From positions 133,364,001 to 133,428,000 of the forward strand of contig NW_024704742.1 of the NCBI RefSeq assembly GCF_018977255.1: a stretch of 64,000 bases of DNA. Direction: 5' to 3'. The DNA is from Callorhinchus milii (lineage: Eukaryota). Below, piece by piece: positions 38,203-51,860 of the stretch. The position numbers and the translations under genes were made by a program. The notes beneath the pieces were generated by a model. It made no database searches, had not been told where the DNA came from, and saw only the letters and a list, made by a program, of their open reading frames with translations. Each line of letters starts with the position of its first letter. Within the stretch, counting starts at the first letter, position 1.

Positions 38203-38525
38203 TGGAGTCCTGTAGTTCAGTGGTTACAGCACTCGAGAGGACCTGTGTTTGATTCACCGGCAGGGCGAAACGTTAGACAAGTTTCCTCACTACACATTCC
38301 TCTGTTTACCTAACAGTAAGTAGGAACCCGGTTGTTAGTTGATTGGTGGATCACTTTTCCGGGGGGTAATAATCCCTTCAAAAACGAATTAAATAAATAA
38401 TAATAATTTGGTCATTCAATCCACAACTGTTAGTGGGAACTACTGTATGCAATTGATTACTGCATTGTGGACGCAAAATATATAGTCAATTCACTTTACA
38501 GTATATTATGTGAAGCTCTTTGGGA
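38203..38525 (+). mobile_element. SINE family A, long form
   Basis: ggagtcctgtagttcagtggtt...aacagtaagtaggaacccggttgttag. Confidence 0.85.
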
Positions 38526-38663
38526 TGGCTTATGAATTAGAACATAAGAATTAGGAGCAGGAGTAGGCCATTTGGCCCCTCAAGCCTGCCACGCATGAAG
38601 ACGGCATAAGGCACTCTATCAAATGCAAGGAATATTATTATTAGGGTTATTATTAACCTCTGG

Positions 38664-39250
38664 TATCTCACCGGCCTTCCCGGCACCTCCCTCCACAAGC
38701 TGCAGGTCATTCAGAACTCTGCAGCTCGTGTACTGTCCCGCACCAGGCTTCGCGCCCACATCACTCCCACCCTCGCTCGCCTCCACTGGCTCCCCATCCC
38801 CCAGAGGATCGAATTCAAGATCCTCATCCTCACCTACAAGGCCATTCACGGCCTTTCTCCCTCCTACCTCTCTGACCTACCATTGCCCCTACCTACCTGC
38901 CCGTACCCTCCGTTCTTCTGGCTCCGATCTGCTCCACATCCCCCGCCCCAACCGCCCTACCATCGGTGGCCGGGCCTTCAGCCTCTCAGCCCCTAGGCTC
39001 TGGAACTCCATCCCCCAGTGCCTTCACCTTGCCTCCTCCCTTTCCTCCTTCAAGTCCGGTCTCAAGATCTTTCTCTTCAACCGTGCCTTCAGCTCCTCTT
39101 TCGACTCTCTACCCCCTCATCACTCCCTCCCTTTCCTCTCCTCACCCTGATCATTTCTCCCCTGCTCGGGTCCTGACCCAACTATCCAGCGCCTTGGGAC
39201 GCCCTCCCGATCTGAAAGGCACTCTATAAATAAAATCTTGTTGTTGTTGT
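38664..39250 (+). mobile_element. L2 LINE 3' fragment, same subfamily as 27846
   Basis: Close match to 28168-28745 (GGRAFSLSAPRLWNSIP..FKSGLKIFLF) with a (TTG)n tail. Confidence 0.93.
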
Positions 39251-39674
39251 CCAAGTGCCTATTGTTAGTCACTCGTGTACCATTTTGTGGATGTTTTTAA
39301 CCTGCTGCATCAAATCTTTGCTTACTTGATCTGAAACTTGTAAAACACCAATCAAATGCAAGAAATGGCTATACGCTGATGAGCAACTGCTTCATTTATA
39401 TGCAGGCTATGCAAACTTCTGTCTGGTCCCACATCGGGAATTGAACTCACATAGTCTAAGGTGACCCTCCAATGCAGTGCTGGGGTAGTGTTGCATTATG
39501 AAAGGTGCCATCCTTCAGATGAATGTTAAATCGAGGTCCAATCTGCCTGTTCATGTGGAAGGTTGAAAATCCCATGGTAATATTCGAAAAAGGAGTTTCT
39601 CCCGGTATCCTGGCCAATAAATCCCCTAAATTGAATTAGTCACTCACTTCATGGTTGTTTGTTTTGCACTTTCA

Positions 39675-42540
39675 ACAACCACAACAACAACAACTTGGAT
39701 TTATGTTGCGCCCTCCACGCTGGACGGCGTCTCAGAGCGCTTCGCAGTGATGGATCCTGGGGCTGAGCCAGGGGGAGGGGGAGGAAGATGACCAAAGGCA
39801 CGGTCAAAAAGAAAGGTCTTCAGCAGAGACCTGAAAATAGGAAGAGAGAGGACGAGGCAAAGGGAGTGAGGAAGGCAGTTCCAGAGCCTCAGGGCATAGT
39901 GGCTGAAAGCACGGCCACCGAGGGTGGAGCGGAGGACTCGGGGGACAAGGAGGAGGCCAGACCCGGTGGAACAAAGGCAAAGGGTACTATTTTGAGGAGA
40001 GAGGTGGTCAGAGAAGTGGGGGTTGCAGAGGAGTGTAGGGACTTGAATACAAGGATGAGGATCCTCTCTGGGACAGGCAGTCAGTGCAGTCTGGCAAGGA
40101 CTGGGGTAATCGGGGAGCGGAGTTTGGTGCGGGTGAGATTGTGGGCGGCAGAGTTTTGAATCTGGATCTTATGGTTGGTAGTGGAGGGGAGGCTGGCAAG
40201 GAGGGCATTAGAGTAGCCAGCCGAGAGGTGACAAAGGCATGGAGCAGGGTTTCAGCGGCTTTTGGAGTGAGGTATTGGCAGAGACAGGCGATGCGTCGGA
40301 GGTGGAAGAAAGCGGTGCTGGTGAGGGAGCAGATGTGAGGGAGGAAGGATAATTGGGGGTTGAACCTTAGGTTACATATAGGTTTGGAGAGTTTTAGGGG
40401 GAGGTCGGGTAGGTGAAGGAGGTGAGAATCTTGAGATTTTAGACATTGACGAGAGCCGAAGAGTATGGCTTCCGTCTTGTCAACGTTCAGCTGAAGGAAA
40501 TTTGCGCTCATCCAGCCCTTGAGGTCTGACAGGCATACTGACAGAACATCAGGGGACTGGGGATCGCAAAGAGAGGTGGAAAAATAGAGTTGAATGTCGT
40601 CCGCATACATGTGGAAATGTACCCCATGTCTGGGGTTGACATCCCCAAGAGGGAGCATGTAGATCAGAAAGAGGAGTGGGCCAAGGATGGATCCTTGGGG
40701 TACCCCGCAGGTAACCGGTTGAGAGCGGGAGGAGAAGCCGTTTGTGCAGATGTACTGCTGGCGGTTTGTGAGGTAGGACTCGAACCAGGCGAGTGCGGTC
40801 CCACTGAGGTGGATGACGGAGGAAAGGCGGTAGAGGAGGATGGCGTGAATGACAGTGTTGAACGCGGCGGAGAGGTCCAGGAGGAGAGGAGGCAGAGGGA
40901 GCCCTGGTCACAGATAGAGAGGATTTTGTTTGTGACTTTCACAAGCAGTCTCTGTGCTGTGGGCAGGGCGGAAACCAGACTGGAGGGGATCGAAGAGGAA
41001 ATGGGAGGAGAGGTGTGCGCAAAGTTGATTGGCAACAATGTGTCCTAGGACGTCTGCGAGGAAGGGCAGGTTAGAAATAGGGCAATCGTGGCTTGGGTTT
41101 TGCGGGATCTAGGGAAGGTTTTTAAGGAGGGGTGTGATTACAACAGTTTTGAGGGGGACAGGGACTGATCCGGAGGAGAGGGACTGGTTGATCATATCAG
41201 CCAGTAGTGGGCAGAGGAGGGGGAGCTGGGTGAGCAGCAAGTTGGTGGGGAGGAGGTAAAGGCAGCAGGTGGTGGGTTTCATGGAGGTGATGGTGGATGA
41301 GAGGGAGGAGGGAGAGATGGGAAGGAAAGAATGTAGGACGGGGGTGGTGGTAGGAGCAGATGATGGAGAGGGTGAGGGGGACAGAGAGGGAGTGGTGGTG
41401 GGTGACAAGGGGCAGGTGGATGAGGCTGCCTGGCGGATGTTATGTATTTTAGAAGAGAAGAAGTCCATGACCTCCTTGTACTTGACATTTGATATGAAGA
41501 TTGAGGAGGCCTGAGGGGCGCACGGAGGAGGTAGTGGGTGGTGGAAAAAAGGATTTTAGGGTTGTGTTTAGCCTCCAAGATGATGTTGAAGTAAAAGGCC
41601 ACTTTTGCGCATGTCAAAGAATGAAGGTAGTTGTGGAGATGCTCGAGCCACAGTTGGCGGTGAACTGTCAGGCCAGTTTTCCGCCATTTGTGTTCGAGTA
41701 GACAGGTTTGGGTTTTTTGGCGGCAGAGTTGGTTGTTGTACCGGGGGAATGGGTGGGTTTGGAGATGGTCCTGGATTTTAGGGGGACGGGGAAGTTGAAG
41801 GTGGAGGAGAGGCGATCATGGAGCAGCTGGATGGCTGCTTCAGGATCTCCGTGGGTGGAAGGCCAGAGGGATAGGATGTTTGATGATGTGAGGGTCTCAG
41901 GGGGTAGCCTTTTCCAAGGGCCGTAGAGGATGGTTGAGGGCTTGGTGGGGGAGAGAGGGATGTGAGAGGAGAAGAAGATGAGGAAGTGGTCCGAGATGCC
42001 TTGTCCACTATGCTGAGGTCGGAAATGTCAAGGCCATGGGTGATAATGAGGTCAAGTGCATCGCCACGGTTGTGGGTAGGTGAATTTATATGAAGGGTGA
42101 GGTTTAGGAAGGAGGAGAGGGCAGTGAAATCGGCAGAAATGGTGCAAGGGGAGTTTAGGTGGAGGTTGAAATCACCCATTATGAGCAGAGGGACAGGGAA
42201 GAGAGGAGAGTAGAGATGTCTGTGTGGAAGGAGCCGGGGGGCTTAAGGGGGAGGACGATAGACAAGGAGGATTTTCAATGGGAGAGAGGGGTGGAAGAGG
42301 GTGAGGTGCTCAAAGGAGGGGAAGCAGCCAGATGAGTAGGGGGTAAGACCAAGGGAGGCTTTGGAAACCCCGCTGCCATGTTGGTTTGGACGGGGAGGGG
42401 GGTGGGGGCTGGTGGAAGGTGTAGCCTGGAGGGGAGGCTTCCACTAGGAGGACGGGGTCATTGGGGGAGAGCCAGGTTTCGGTGAGCCCAAGATGTCAAG
42501 GTGCTCATCCAGGATGAGGTCGTGGATGGGGAGGGCTTTG
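39675..42540 (-). mobile_element. L2 LINE with nearly complete but disrupted ORF2 (APE endonuclease plus reverse transcriptase)
   Basis: APE motifs DLILDEHLDI.GLTETW, MGDFNLHLN and PTHNRGDALDLIIT; RT motifs HMYADDIQLY and WMSANFLQLNVDKTE; many frameshifts; (TTG)n tail at ~39675-39695. Confidence 0.95.
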
Positions 42541-42669
42541 TTTCACTGACAAATACATAGTCACTCCACTTCTTGTGAAGCGCTTTGAGACGTTTTAGCA
42601 ACCTGATAAAGTGGTATATCAAATGCAGTAATTATATTATCAGTCTTATCCTTGTAAAGAATTTGTGCA

Positions 42670-43030
42670 ACTCTCAGTCTTGAGAGAAGACTAAGTCAGA
42701 GGGGACTTCTTAGAGGTTTATAAAAGTTTAAATGGGATTGTAAAAGTAAACCCAGAATAATTCTTTAGGATGCACCTAAGTACAGTACAGTACAGTAGAA
42801 CAAGAGGACACAGGGTTTAGAATTGTAAAGGGCAATTTCAGGACAGATACCAGTATGTTTTTCTTTATGTAGAGGACAATTAATGACCAGAACAAGTTGG
42901 CAGGTTGAGGCCTAGACATTGGGACTCATTTAAAAAGCAGTTTGATGCTGTGATTGGGAGAGGCGGTAAGGTGGGTGTTCTGAAGGAATAAGATCAGATG
43001 AGCAGAAGGGCCTTTAATCAATCTTGTGAT
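42670..43030 (+). mobile_element. CR1 LINE 3' fragment
   Basis: ctcagtcttgagagaagactaagtcagaggggacttcttagaggtttataaa...agaacaagaggacac. Confidence 0.7.
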
Positions 43031-43565
43031 CTTGTCTTGTGAACTCACTGCCGGAAGCTATGAATACAAATAGCGTCACTGTTTTTAAGATAACTCTTGA
43101 TGAGTATATGAGGAAGAAGGGATTGGGAATAGGAGCCGAGGAGGCCCATGAGGAATATTAACACAACACAGATTAATGGGACTGAATGACGTGATTCTGT
43201 GCCGTATTACTCTGTGTTACTCTATGTAACTGCTTTGTCTTCAATCTATGATTTTGCAGAATTGTGGATATCAAATGCCAGGATTAATCTTTCAATTCAG
43301 TCTTGATTTTGAAGACTGTTCTTTTCGAGAACAGCTTGCGGAAAGACAGCTTCCAGGTAAAAAGGCTGAATTTAAGGAATTTAAGAGAATTAAGAAATTT
43401 AAGAAACAATTCTGTATGATTTTAAAACTTAAGACAAAAGTTTACTAAAAATTCATATTGATTGAAACTTCACAGCATGGATCTCCACGCAAATCTGTTA
43501 AGAGCAGTGAATGCATTTATACACTGAAGGGTGCTATATAAACGCAAGCTGTTGTTCATTTAATT

Positions 43566-43905
43566 CAACAACAACAGCTTAATTTTATGTAGCATCCTTC
43601 AATGCGGGGTAGAATCCTAGAGTGCTTAACAGTGGTGGAGCTTGATGCCAAGCCAGGGAGAAACGGGAGATGACTGTAGGGATAGTCTGAAGAAAGGTCT
43701 TCAGTTGTCATCTGAAGATGGGTAAGGAGGGGGCAAGGCAGAGGGATTGAGGCAGAGAGTTCAAGAGTCTCAGAGTATACTGGCTGAAAGCATGGCCACT
43801 ATGGTGGAATGGAGGGGAGCAATCCCATGCAGAAGGCCGGACCCAGCTGAGCGAAGGGACCAGGTAGAGGAGTGGGATGTAATCAGGTCAGTGAGGTAGA
43901 GAGGT
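43566..43905 (-). mobile_element. L2 3' fragment, old
   Basis: (CAA)n tail and aaaggtcttcag...agagttcaagagtc...ggctgaaagcatggccact. Confidence 0.7.
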
Positions 43906-45197
43906 GCTGCAGAATCCTCAGGTGAACAGTGAAACATGTCAGAAATAGAGAATCTCCCTCATTTTTTTCAACTGTCACGGGATCTTTAACATCCACCTGA
44001 GCAGGGAGTTCAGTCTAATGTTTTGAAGGATGGCACCAGTAACAACCCAGCACTCTCTCCAATTCCCCCATTCCATTTCCCTGGCATTGCACTCGAGTGT
44101 TAGCCTAGACTGCAAGCTCAAAGTCCTGAAGTGTGGCTTTAACCAGGGGTAGGTGAGGAATGCTCTATAAATTGGAAGCCGATGGTAGGTTTTGGGATTC
44201 CTGAGAAGTCCAGATGGAAATGAGTTTGCAGATTACAAGCTTGCAACTGTCCTAGTTGTGGTTAATCACACAAAGGAATTAAAGATGATAAGGTGGGAGG
44301 GGGGGGGGGGGCAGAAGAGAACTATGTTAAACAGAGAGTGGTTGGTATGTGGAATTCTATGCCACGAACCACAGCAAAGCGGTGTCCCTTTTATGTTTTA
44401 TATATATAACTGTGTAATAATTGGCTTAATGCTTGAATATTAAAATGCCTTTAAGACAGTTTAACATTCTATTCAACTTCAAGAAGTATCCTTAATATGT
44501 GCATTTGGGACTATCTACCATCTGCAGCCCTGTTTATGTTTGTATGTGCTGTAGAGGCACTCCAGCCCATTTGTAAGTGCAGGAACAGGAGTGTTTATAC
44601 TTCTCCTAGCAGTGCAGTAGATCTGGTTGCAGATAGACTAGTGTCAGATAGTGCTCTTATCACTCTTTCCATTGCCAGTCAAACACACAGACCTGTGGTA
44701 GGGTGTAAATACTGGACTGATTCTGGGTGCTTTGAATACCTTTGAATTCTCACTGACTTTTCCGAATTTATCCAGCATGAAAGGCACAGCCACAGAGCCA
44801 GGAAGGGACTCACGCATACACCCCACACGACTATTATATCCCTCATTATTGTCATTATTTACTCTGAAGGTTTTCATCCCAGACTTAACTTGACTCTGTT
44901 TTTATCAGCACACTCCATGTTGTAGAAATTCTTTAATTAAACGTCTCACAGGAAGAAATACCACAAATTAGACCAAAATTACTTCAAAGGAAACCCACGT
45001 GACCGGGATGAAATTCCACCCATTTCTAGGTTCATGCAATGTTTTATGTAGCGGGTTAAAACAGTCTAGAATCAAGCAAGTTGCTGAATTCAGCTTAACT
45101 TAGTCTGAACTAGGTTTTCTGCAGATCTTGAAACACGTCTTCAAAATGAAAGCTGTGATTGCGAATTTGCCAAATTCTGGACACTCTGAAATGCTAA

Positions 45198-45235
45198 ATA
45201 ATAATAACAACAATAATAATAATAATAATAATATA
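45198..45235. repeat. (AAT/AAC)n microsatellite
   Basis: Directly visible. Confidence 0.85.
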
Positions 45236-45379
45236 TTATTTAAGTTGTCTCACCTTCTGAAGGAAGAATGGTCACGAAAGGAGATCGAAACAAAAGGATA
45301 TTGGATCATCTGATCTCTTGAGTTGGTCTCATTGGCAGCTCAAACTGTAATGAAGGAGCCCAGCAAAGTGCATCTTTTC

Positions 45380-45880
45380 TTCTTTCCAGCATCTCTGCAC
45401 AGGCTGCAGACCATACAGAACTCTGCCATGTCCTCTCCCACACCAGGCTCTGTGAGCCTATCACCCCTATCCTTGTTTGTCATCCCCATTCCGTTAGCGG
45501 ATCAAGTCCAATTATCCTCTTTCTCCCATTTAAATCCCTCCGTGGTTTCTTCCCTACTCTACATTTGCATCCTCCTCAAGCAACCAAGTGAGCACTGACC
45601 TGCTTCATGTCACCCACCCTAACTGCCCCATCATTGGTGGATGAGCTTTCAGCCATTCTTGCCTCCGTCCTCTAGGTCTCCATCGTTGGATACCTCTGAC
45701 TCGTTCTGGAACTCACCTTGTTCAGGGTCTCGAGATCTTGACGTCTTTGGCTGCGCTTTTGGTCATCTTTCCCCTCCCCATCCACATCAGCTCCCATCCA
45801 TCAGTTCTGGTGCCCAGCCAGCAGTATCAAACGCTTTGGGATGTCCTTGCCAACGTGAAGGTACTGTACAACTGTGAATT
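45380..45880 (+). mobile_element. L2 3' fragment, old
   Basis: SLHRLQTIQNSA motif, ggtggatgagctttcagc, and tail cgctttgggatgtccttgccaacgtgaagg. Confidence 0.7.
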
Positions 45881-47640
45881 GTATTGTACTGACTCTTTTA
45901 AGCACTATTGTCTTTCCATTAGAACATCCAGCTGTATCATAAGCTTGCCATTGCGAATCCTCAACACAGTGAAGATTACAGAAGACATAATAATAATCCT
46001 CGCATTTGATATAGCGCCTCATCACATTGTTGTGACGTCTCAAAGCGCTTCTCAGAATGTTAAGTGAATTGACTGTGCGTTACCTGAGCGAAACGCCTGT
46101 AAAACATGTAAAGAGAGAACACGGGACATCACACTTGGCATGTGAAAGGTGACTCCAGTAAAGCCAGCAAGTTCCTTAATAACAGAATCGTGTATATTTG
46201 GCAGCACTGGTTTTAATAGCTACCATATGGAGAAATCTTACTGTGTTACTGTATTTAATGCTGTGCATTAATAAAAATAAAATCAGATCAGTGTGGGTGA
46301 TTCCCAACAGAGTTATTTCCACTTATTTTGTTGGCTTTGATCCAGTGGTGTTGGTTTTTATAAGGTACTGGCAGTGCTTAGCTCTCCCTCTCAGCAGGGG
46401 AAAGGAATGAATTTAATGAATAACTCACGGTACTCTGAGCAAGTCAGATAGCCATTGTGGAGCTATTTTAAGATTGTGATAGGGATTATACTAAGATCAC
46501 AAGATCGTTTCAGATGATGTTGAAAGCCCTTTGGTTCATTTGATCTCATCCTTCCAGAATGCTCGCCCTCCTGTCTTTCCATTGGAGCATCAAGTTGTTT
46601 TATTTAATGAGTCCTGGCTGTGACCACCCTTTCCCGTAACGGCTCAAAGCGCTTCACAGGAATTGCCGTCAAATCCAGTGACTGAGTATTTGTAGGCAAA
46701 TGCGGAAGCTAATTAATAATAATCCTTCCATTTGATTCAGTGCCTTTCGTGTCAGGGAGGATTTCTCAAGGAACTTTACAGTTTTGCCCACAAAATACAC
46801 CATCAATCCACTTTATAGTAATTAGTAATTAACGTAATTATAGTATGTTCTCTAAAGCACTTTGAGTCATCTCAACGACATGATAAAGCGCTGTATCAAG
46901 TGCCATGGTTATTATTATTACAGGATATACTATAAAGTGTAGTGACTGTTTCTATCTGACCACCCCCACCCCTAATGCTGATGAATTTTCAATGTTTCGG
47001 ACACCCGGCTGACCCCACACGAAAAAAGAATTCTTACAAAATGCAGGACCTAAGGATGTGTTTAATTCCAACCGCACCAAATTATTTTGGGTAAAATAAT
47101 CTTTCGTTGTGCTGACTATGGCATGGCATTAAAGTGTCAGGTAGCCGGATTTTCAAACGCAGGGATTATTATTTTTACCAGATGAAAATGTCAGAGAAAT
47201 TCCAGTTGAATTCCGAACGGATCTGTGAGCTGGACAGTATAAGTGGGAAGAAGTTGTTAATAGGCCCTGTTCTCTCTTTACAGTTCGATGGTGGTTTATG
47301 TTTGAGTCTCTTTTTTAGCAATTACTCCAGACTTTATGTATGTCTCTGTTGAAGTGTTATTAAGGGAAGCAATGTAGCTCAGTTCAGATGTGGGAGCATA
47401 TTGTTGTTTCCCTCTGAACAACTACTTGCGACTATTATTTGTTAATATTGCATCTTTTAGTAATTAACGACTGGATGGGGATCACTAGATTTACTTGGTT
47501 TCAGCCTGGCTCTGTTTCGGCCACAAAATACACAGTCAATCCACTTTTCAATATATTCTGTGAAGTGCTTTGAAACATCTCAACGATGTAATAAAACGTT
47601 ATAGCAAATGCAAGGATTATTATTATTATTAAGTTATTAT

Positions 47641-47952
47641 TGGAGTCATGTAGCTCAGTAGTTAGAGCACTCGCCTTGCAAGCAAGACACCTGGGTTCAA
47701 TTCCAGGCAGGACGAAATCTTGGGCAAGTTTCCTTACTCCACACGCCTAATAATAATCCCTCCAAAACAAAACAATAATAAATTGGTCAGTTTCAATCCA
47801 CGGCTTGTGGGACACTGCTGTGCGCAATTGGCTGCCGCGTTTCGCCCACAAAATATACACGGTCAATTTACTTTACAGTCTATTCTGTGAAGCGCTTTGA
47901 GATGTCGAGAAGAGGTGAAAAGCGCTATATCAAATGCAAGGATTATTATGTT
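47641..47952 (+). mobile_element. SINE family A, short subfamily
   Basis: tRNA head with a TGC anticodon-like loop and the ccacacgcctaataataatccc deletion junction. Confidence 0.9.
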
Positions 47953-47999
47953 ATTAATAGTTTCGCCTTTTAATCAGAAGGTTAAGGAATCATCTCTCT

Positions 48000-48322
48000 G
48001 CACAGAATTTACTGTGAAGTGTAGTCACTGTATTTTGTAGACAAAAATAGCAATTACACACAAACAGCCATGAAATTAATGATCAATTTTATTTGAGATA
48101 TTGGTGGCCAGGACACCAGGGGAAACTCCCTTCTCTTTTGAATAGTACTGTGGAATATTTGATGTTACCTGAACAAGCAGATAGGACCTCAACTGACATG
48201 ATGCTAGTATTGCACTGAGGTGTCAGGCGAGACAATGTGAGCTCAAAGTACTGACGTGGAGCTTAAACCCACAACTTTCTGACTCAGAGGCAAGAGTGCT
48301 ATCAACTGAGTCAGGCTGACAT
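48000..48322 (-). mobile_element. Deu-domain SINE (family B)
   Basis: ggccaggacaccaggggaaactccc...gagtgctatcaactgagtcaggctgacat. Confidence 0.82.
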
Positions 48323-49624
48323 TGCACTTTCCAATTAAGAAATCCATTAAGAAGTATCGCAAATTGACACTGAGGTCTTGTCAACCACTAACAATATATG
48401 TATGGTCATCCAGTGATAAATATGATGCAATAAGATGGGAATTAATATTGTTCAATTGTCACAAAGTGTTGCTCTTTCTTGCAATCAGTTTATGGCAGAC
48501 CTCACTCTAAATTCCTGGATTAGATTTGATCAGGTTTCAAATGAAATAGCCTAATAGTAGTTTGTCATAGCCTCAGAGAACATATTATTCCCATGATTTT
48601 TTACCATGAAGCAAACTGTCCTTTGTAATGTTGTTCTTACTTGTTCCAAAACCTAAAGGAGGTGCATAAAACGTCTCATAAAGATTTTGCTCAGAAGACG
48701 ACATAGAACTAGTGATAAGGATTTTAACTGATCTAAAACATAACATTTTAAATGGGATTGTGAAAGTAAACCCCAAACAATAATTTCGGTTTACTAGCAA
48801 ATTAAGGAATAAGCTATAGGGATATTGTACGGGCAAATGGAACCAAAAGGATTGATCTTAAAGGAGCCAGTACAAACATGATGGGCCGAAAAACCACCTT
48901 CTATGCTGTAAATTTCTACGCTTCCGAAATGTCTATATTTCTATGACATTCACTGCTGAAAATGTGAGGACTGCATACAGGAAGTAAGAACAGAAAGCAC
49001 ATATACCTTCCATCGTTTGGAACTCCATATCACAGTTCCATCACCTTGTCCCCCTCCCTTGCCTCCTTCAAGGTTCATCAAAAGACCCTCCTCTTCAACC
49101 TCGCCTTTGGTCACCTTCCTACTCCCACCCTCCCTGCCCTTTCTCCTGATCCCAATCCCCAGCTCTGGTCCAAATCCCTGATGGTCCAGAGCCTTGGGAT
49201 GTCATTCCAACATGAAAGGCTCTACACAAGTGTATTTTGTTGATGTTGGTGTACACTTATGGATGGACAGAACTTACCAAGGGATCTCAGAGTGTTAGTT
49301 TACTCATCCAAAGGCACTAAGGTATTTTAACTCCTTACCTCAAGTCTTTCCCCACTCACCAATGGGACTCAGCTCATTCAGATCCAATCAACACAGTCAT
49401 CAATCCTAAGAGGTCCCATAGTGAGTGACTCTTATTACCTAACCCTGGACTGGTAACCTAGGACATGAACAAAGTGAAAACAGATGTTGATCAGATCATC
49501 ACTCAACAAACTTTCAAATGTTGATCTTGGAAACTCAGCCAGCAAGGGCTTAAAGACAAAATGTTCGTAGAAACTTGTGTGCTTGTGCTGAACACAAGGA
49601 ACAAACTCAAATTAATCCTTGCAA

Positions 49625-51400
49625 ACAGCAACAACAAAATTACATTTGTATAGCACTTTTCACATTGGGAGGACATCCCAAGGCGCTGGACAATCAGTGT
49701 TTCAAACCCGAGCTGCGAGTCGGGATTGGGGAGGGCGGGGGGGGAAGGACGGTGAGTGAAGGCAAAATTGAAGAGGAGGATCTTGAGAAGAGTCTTGAAG
49801 GAGGCAAGGGAGGGGGCGAGGCAGAGGAACTGCAGGATGGATTTACAGAGGGTGGGCGCAAATTGGCTGAAGGCCCACCCGCCAATGGTGGGGCGGGTGA
49901 TGTCGGAGATGTGAAACAGGTTGGAACCTGCTGAGCAGAGGGAGTAGGTAGGTTGATAGGGGGTTAGGAAGTCACAGAGGTAGGGGAAAGTGAGGCTATG
50001 GAGGGTTTTGAAGGTGAGGACCAGGATTTTGAACTGTATCCTCTGTGTGATGGGAAGCCAGTGGAGTCAGGCGAGGATGGGAGTAATAGGGTCATGGAGC
50101 CTGGTGCGGGAGAGGATACAGGCTGCAGAGTTCTGGATGATCTTCAACCTATGGAGGGTGGAGTTGAGAGGTTGATTAGCAGAGAGTTTCCATAGTCAAA
50201 TCTGGATGTTATAAAAGCCTGTATGAGGATTTTGGTGGCCTGCGGTGTGAGACAGTGCGGAGCCGGGTGATGTGCGAAGGTGGGGGAAGGCAGAGTGGAT
50301 CATGGCATGGATGTGAGGTAGAAAGGATAGTTGAGAGTCCCAAAATGCCAAGGTTCTGGACTGGCTTAGTAAGGTGGAATGTGCACCCTTGGATGCTGTC
50401 AGCTCCTGAGGTGAGGAAGTGCTGACAGGAGTTGATCAGGAGGGCCTTGATCTTGTTGACGTTCAACTGAAGAAAGTTAGCTCTCATCCAGGACTTGATG
50501 TCTGACAGACATTCTGTCAGGACAGCAGTGGTCCTGGAGTCAAGGGTAGAGGCAGAGAGGTAGAGTTGGGTGTCATCCACATACATGTGGAAGTTGACCC
50601 TGCGTCTGCAGATGATGTCATCAAGAGGGTGCATATAGATATTGAAGAGGAGGGGACCAAGGACAAGGGTGATGGCTAGAGGAGAAACCGTCTATGGAGA
50701 TGAAATGGAGACAGTGTGAGTGGTAGAATCTGAACCATTCAAGGACAGAACCATGAAGGTTGAAGTGAGAGGAGAGGAGAGGCGGTGGAGGAGGATAGAG
50801 TGGTCAATGGTATCGAAGGCAGCAGAAGGGTCAAGGAGGATGAGGAGGCAGAGGGAGCCCTTGTTGCAGATGGACAAAATGTCTTTTGTCACTTTGACCA
50901 AAGCTGTTTCTGTGCTGTGGGCTGCACGGAAACCCGTTTGGAGGGGTTTCGTGAAGTGAGTGGCGGGAGAGGAAGTAGCGAAGCTGGAAAGCAACGACTT
51001 GCTCCAGGACCTTGGAAATGAAAGGGAGGCTGGAGATGGGGCGGTAGTTTAAGAGTAGAGATGGGTCCAGGGAGAGTTTTGTAAGGATGGAAGTAATGTT
51101 GGCTATTTTTAAAGGGGTGGGAACAGTATCAGTGGACAGGGAGAGGTTTATGAGGTCTGTGAGTAGAGGGGCAAGGAGGTGGAGCTGGGAGGTAAGGAAA
51201 GGGGTAGGGATGAAGTCGAGGGAGCAGGTGGTCGGTTTTGTGCGGGTTATAGTGATGTGAGAGAGGAGTGGGAGCAGGTTCGAAGGTGTAGGAGAAAGAG
51301 GGATGGGTAGGGGCCGGGGTATGAAGAATAGATGGGGAGTGGGCAGTAGACAGAAGGACAGAGGCAGCTGAGCTGATCCCTTCGACTTTGGGGGATTAGG
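49625..51400 (-). mobile_element. L2 LINE, 5'-truncated, disrupted RT
   Basis: [47 protein letters not shown] and WMRANFLQLN motifs; tail at ~49625. Confidence 0.93.
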
Positions 51401-51499
51401 ATACTGAGAATTTTTTCTTCAGCACATAGGTGGTTGTCTCTGGATCTTTGCCCATTGATTGAACTGATGCACTGAGGTGCACCCTGGAGCAATATTGAC

Positions 51500-51860
51500 C
51501 TACAAGATCACAAGAGAGGTATGGCTAAAGTAATCCTTTCACCTCAATGATCTCATTCTTCCACAATACCAGCCCAAACATCCTCCTATTACAAAACAAG
51601 ATGTTACTTAAATAATTTGAACAGCCTAACCTCAACCACCATTTGCCGGCATCCCCAAATACTTCTTGGTGTCTGTTCTGAAATTCCATTCAAATTGCTG
51701 AACCTGTGTCCTCTTTTTCTGCTGCCCTGGCATATTTGAAAGTATTGATTTCTCTGTCCCATTTAGCACATTATCTACTTCTCTAAGGTCCTCTCTGAGA
51801 CATCGCTTTTCAAGGGTGCAGTCCCAGCTTAGCTAACCAATCCTCATAGCTCATTCCTTT
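51500..51860 (-). mobile_element. CR1 LINE 3' fragment
   Basis: Reverse-complement similarity to the 22140 and 42670 CR1 fragments (caagatcacaaga 3' end). Confidence 0.6.

Noticed and set aside
43301..43356. Possible plus-strand exon (ttcag|...ccag|gtaaaa)
   Set aside because: No recognisable protein and no partner exons; splice-like motifs alone are insufficient.
44808..44870. Distal alternative RAI14 exon ending at a minus-strand GTGAGT
   Set aside because: No CpG-rich promoter context or good acceptor.
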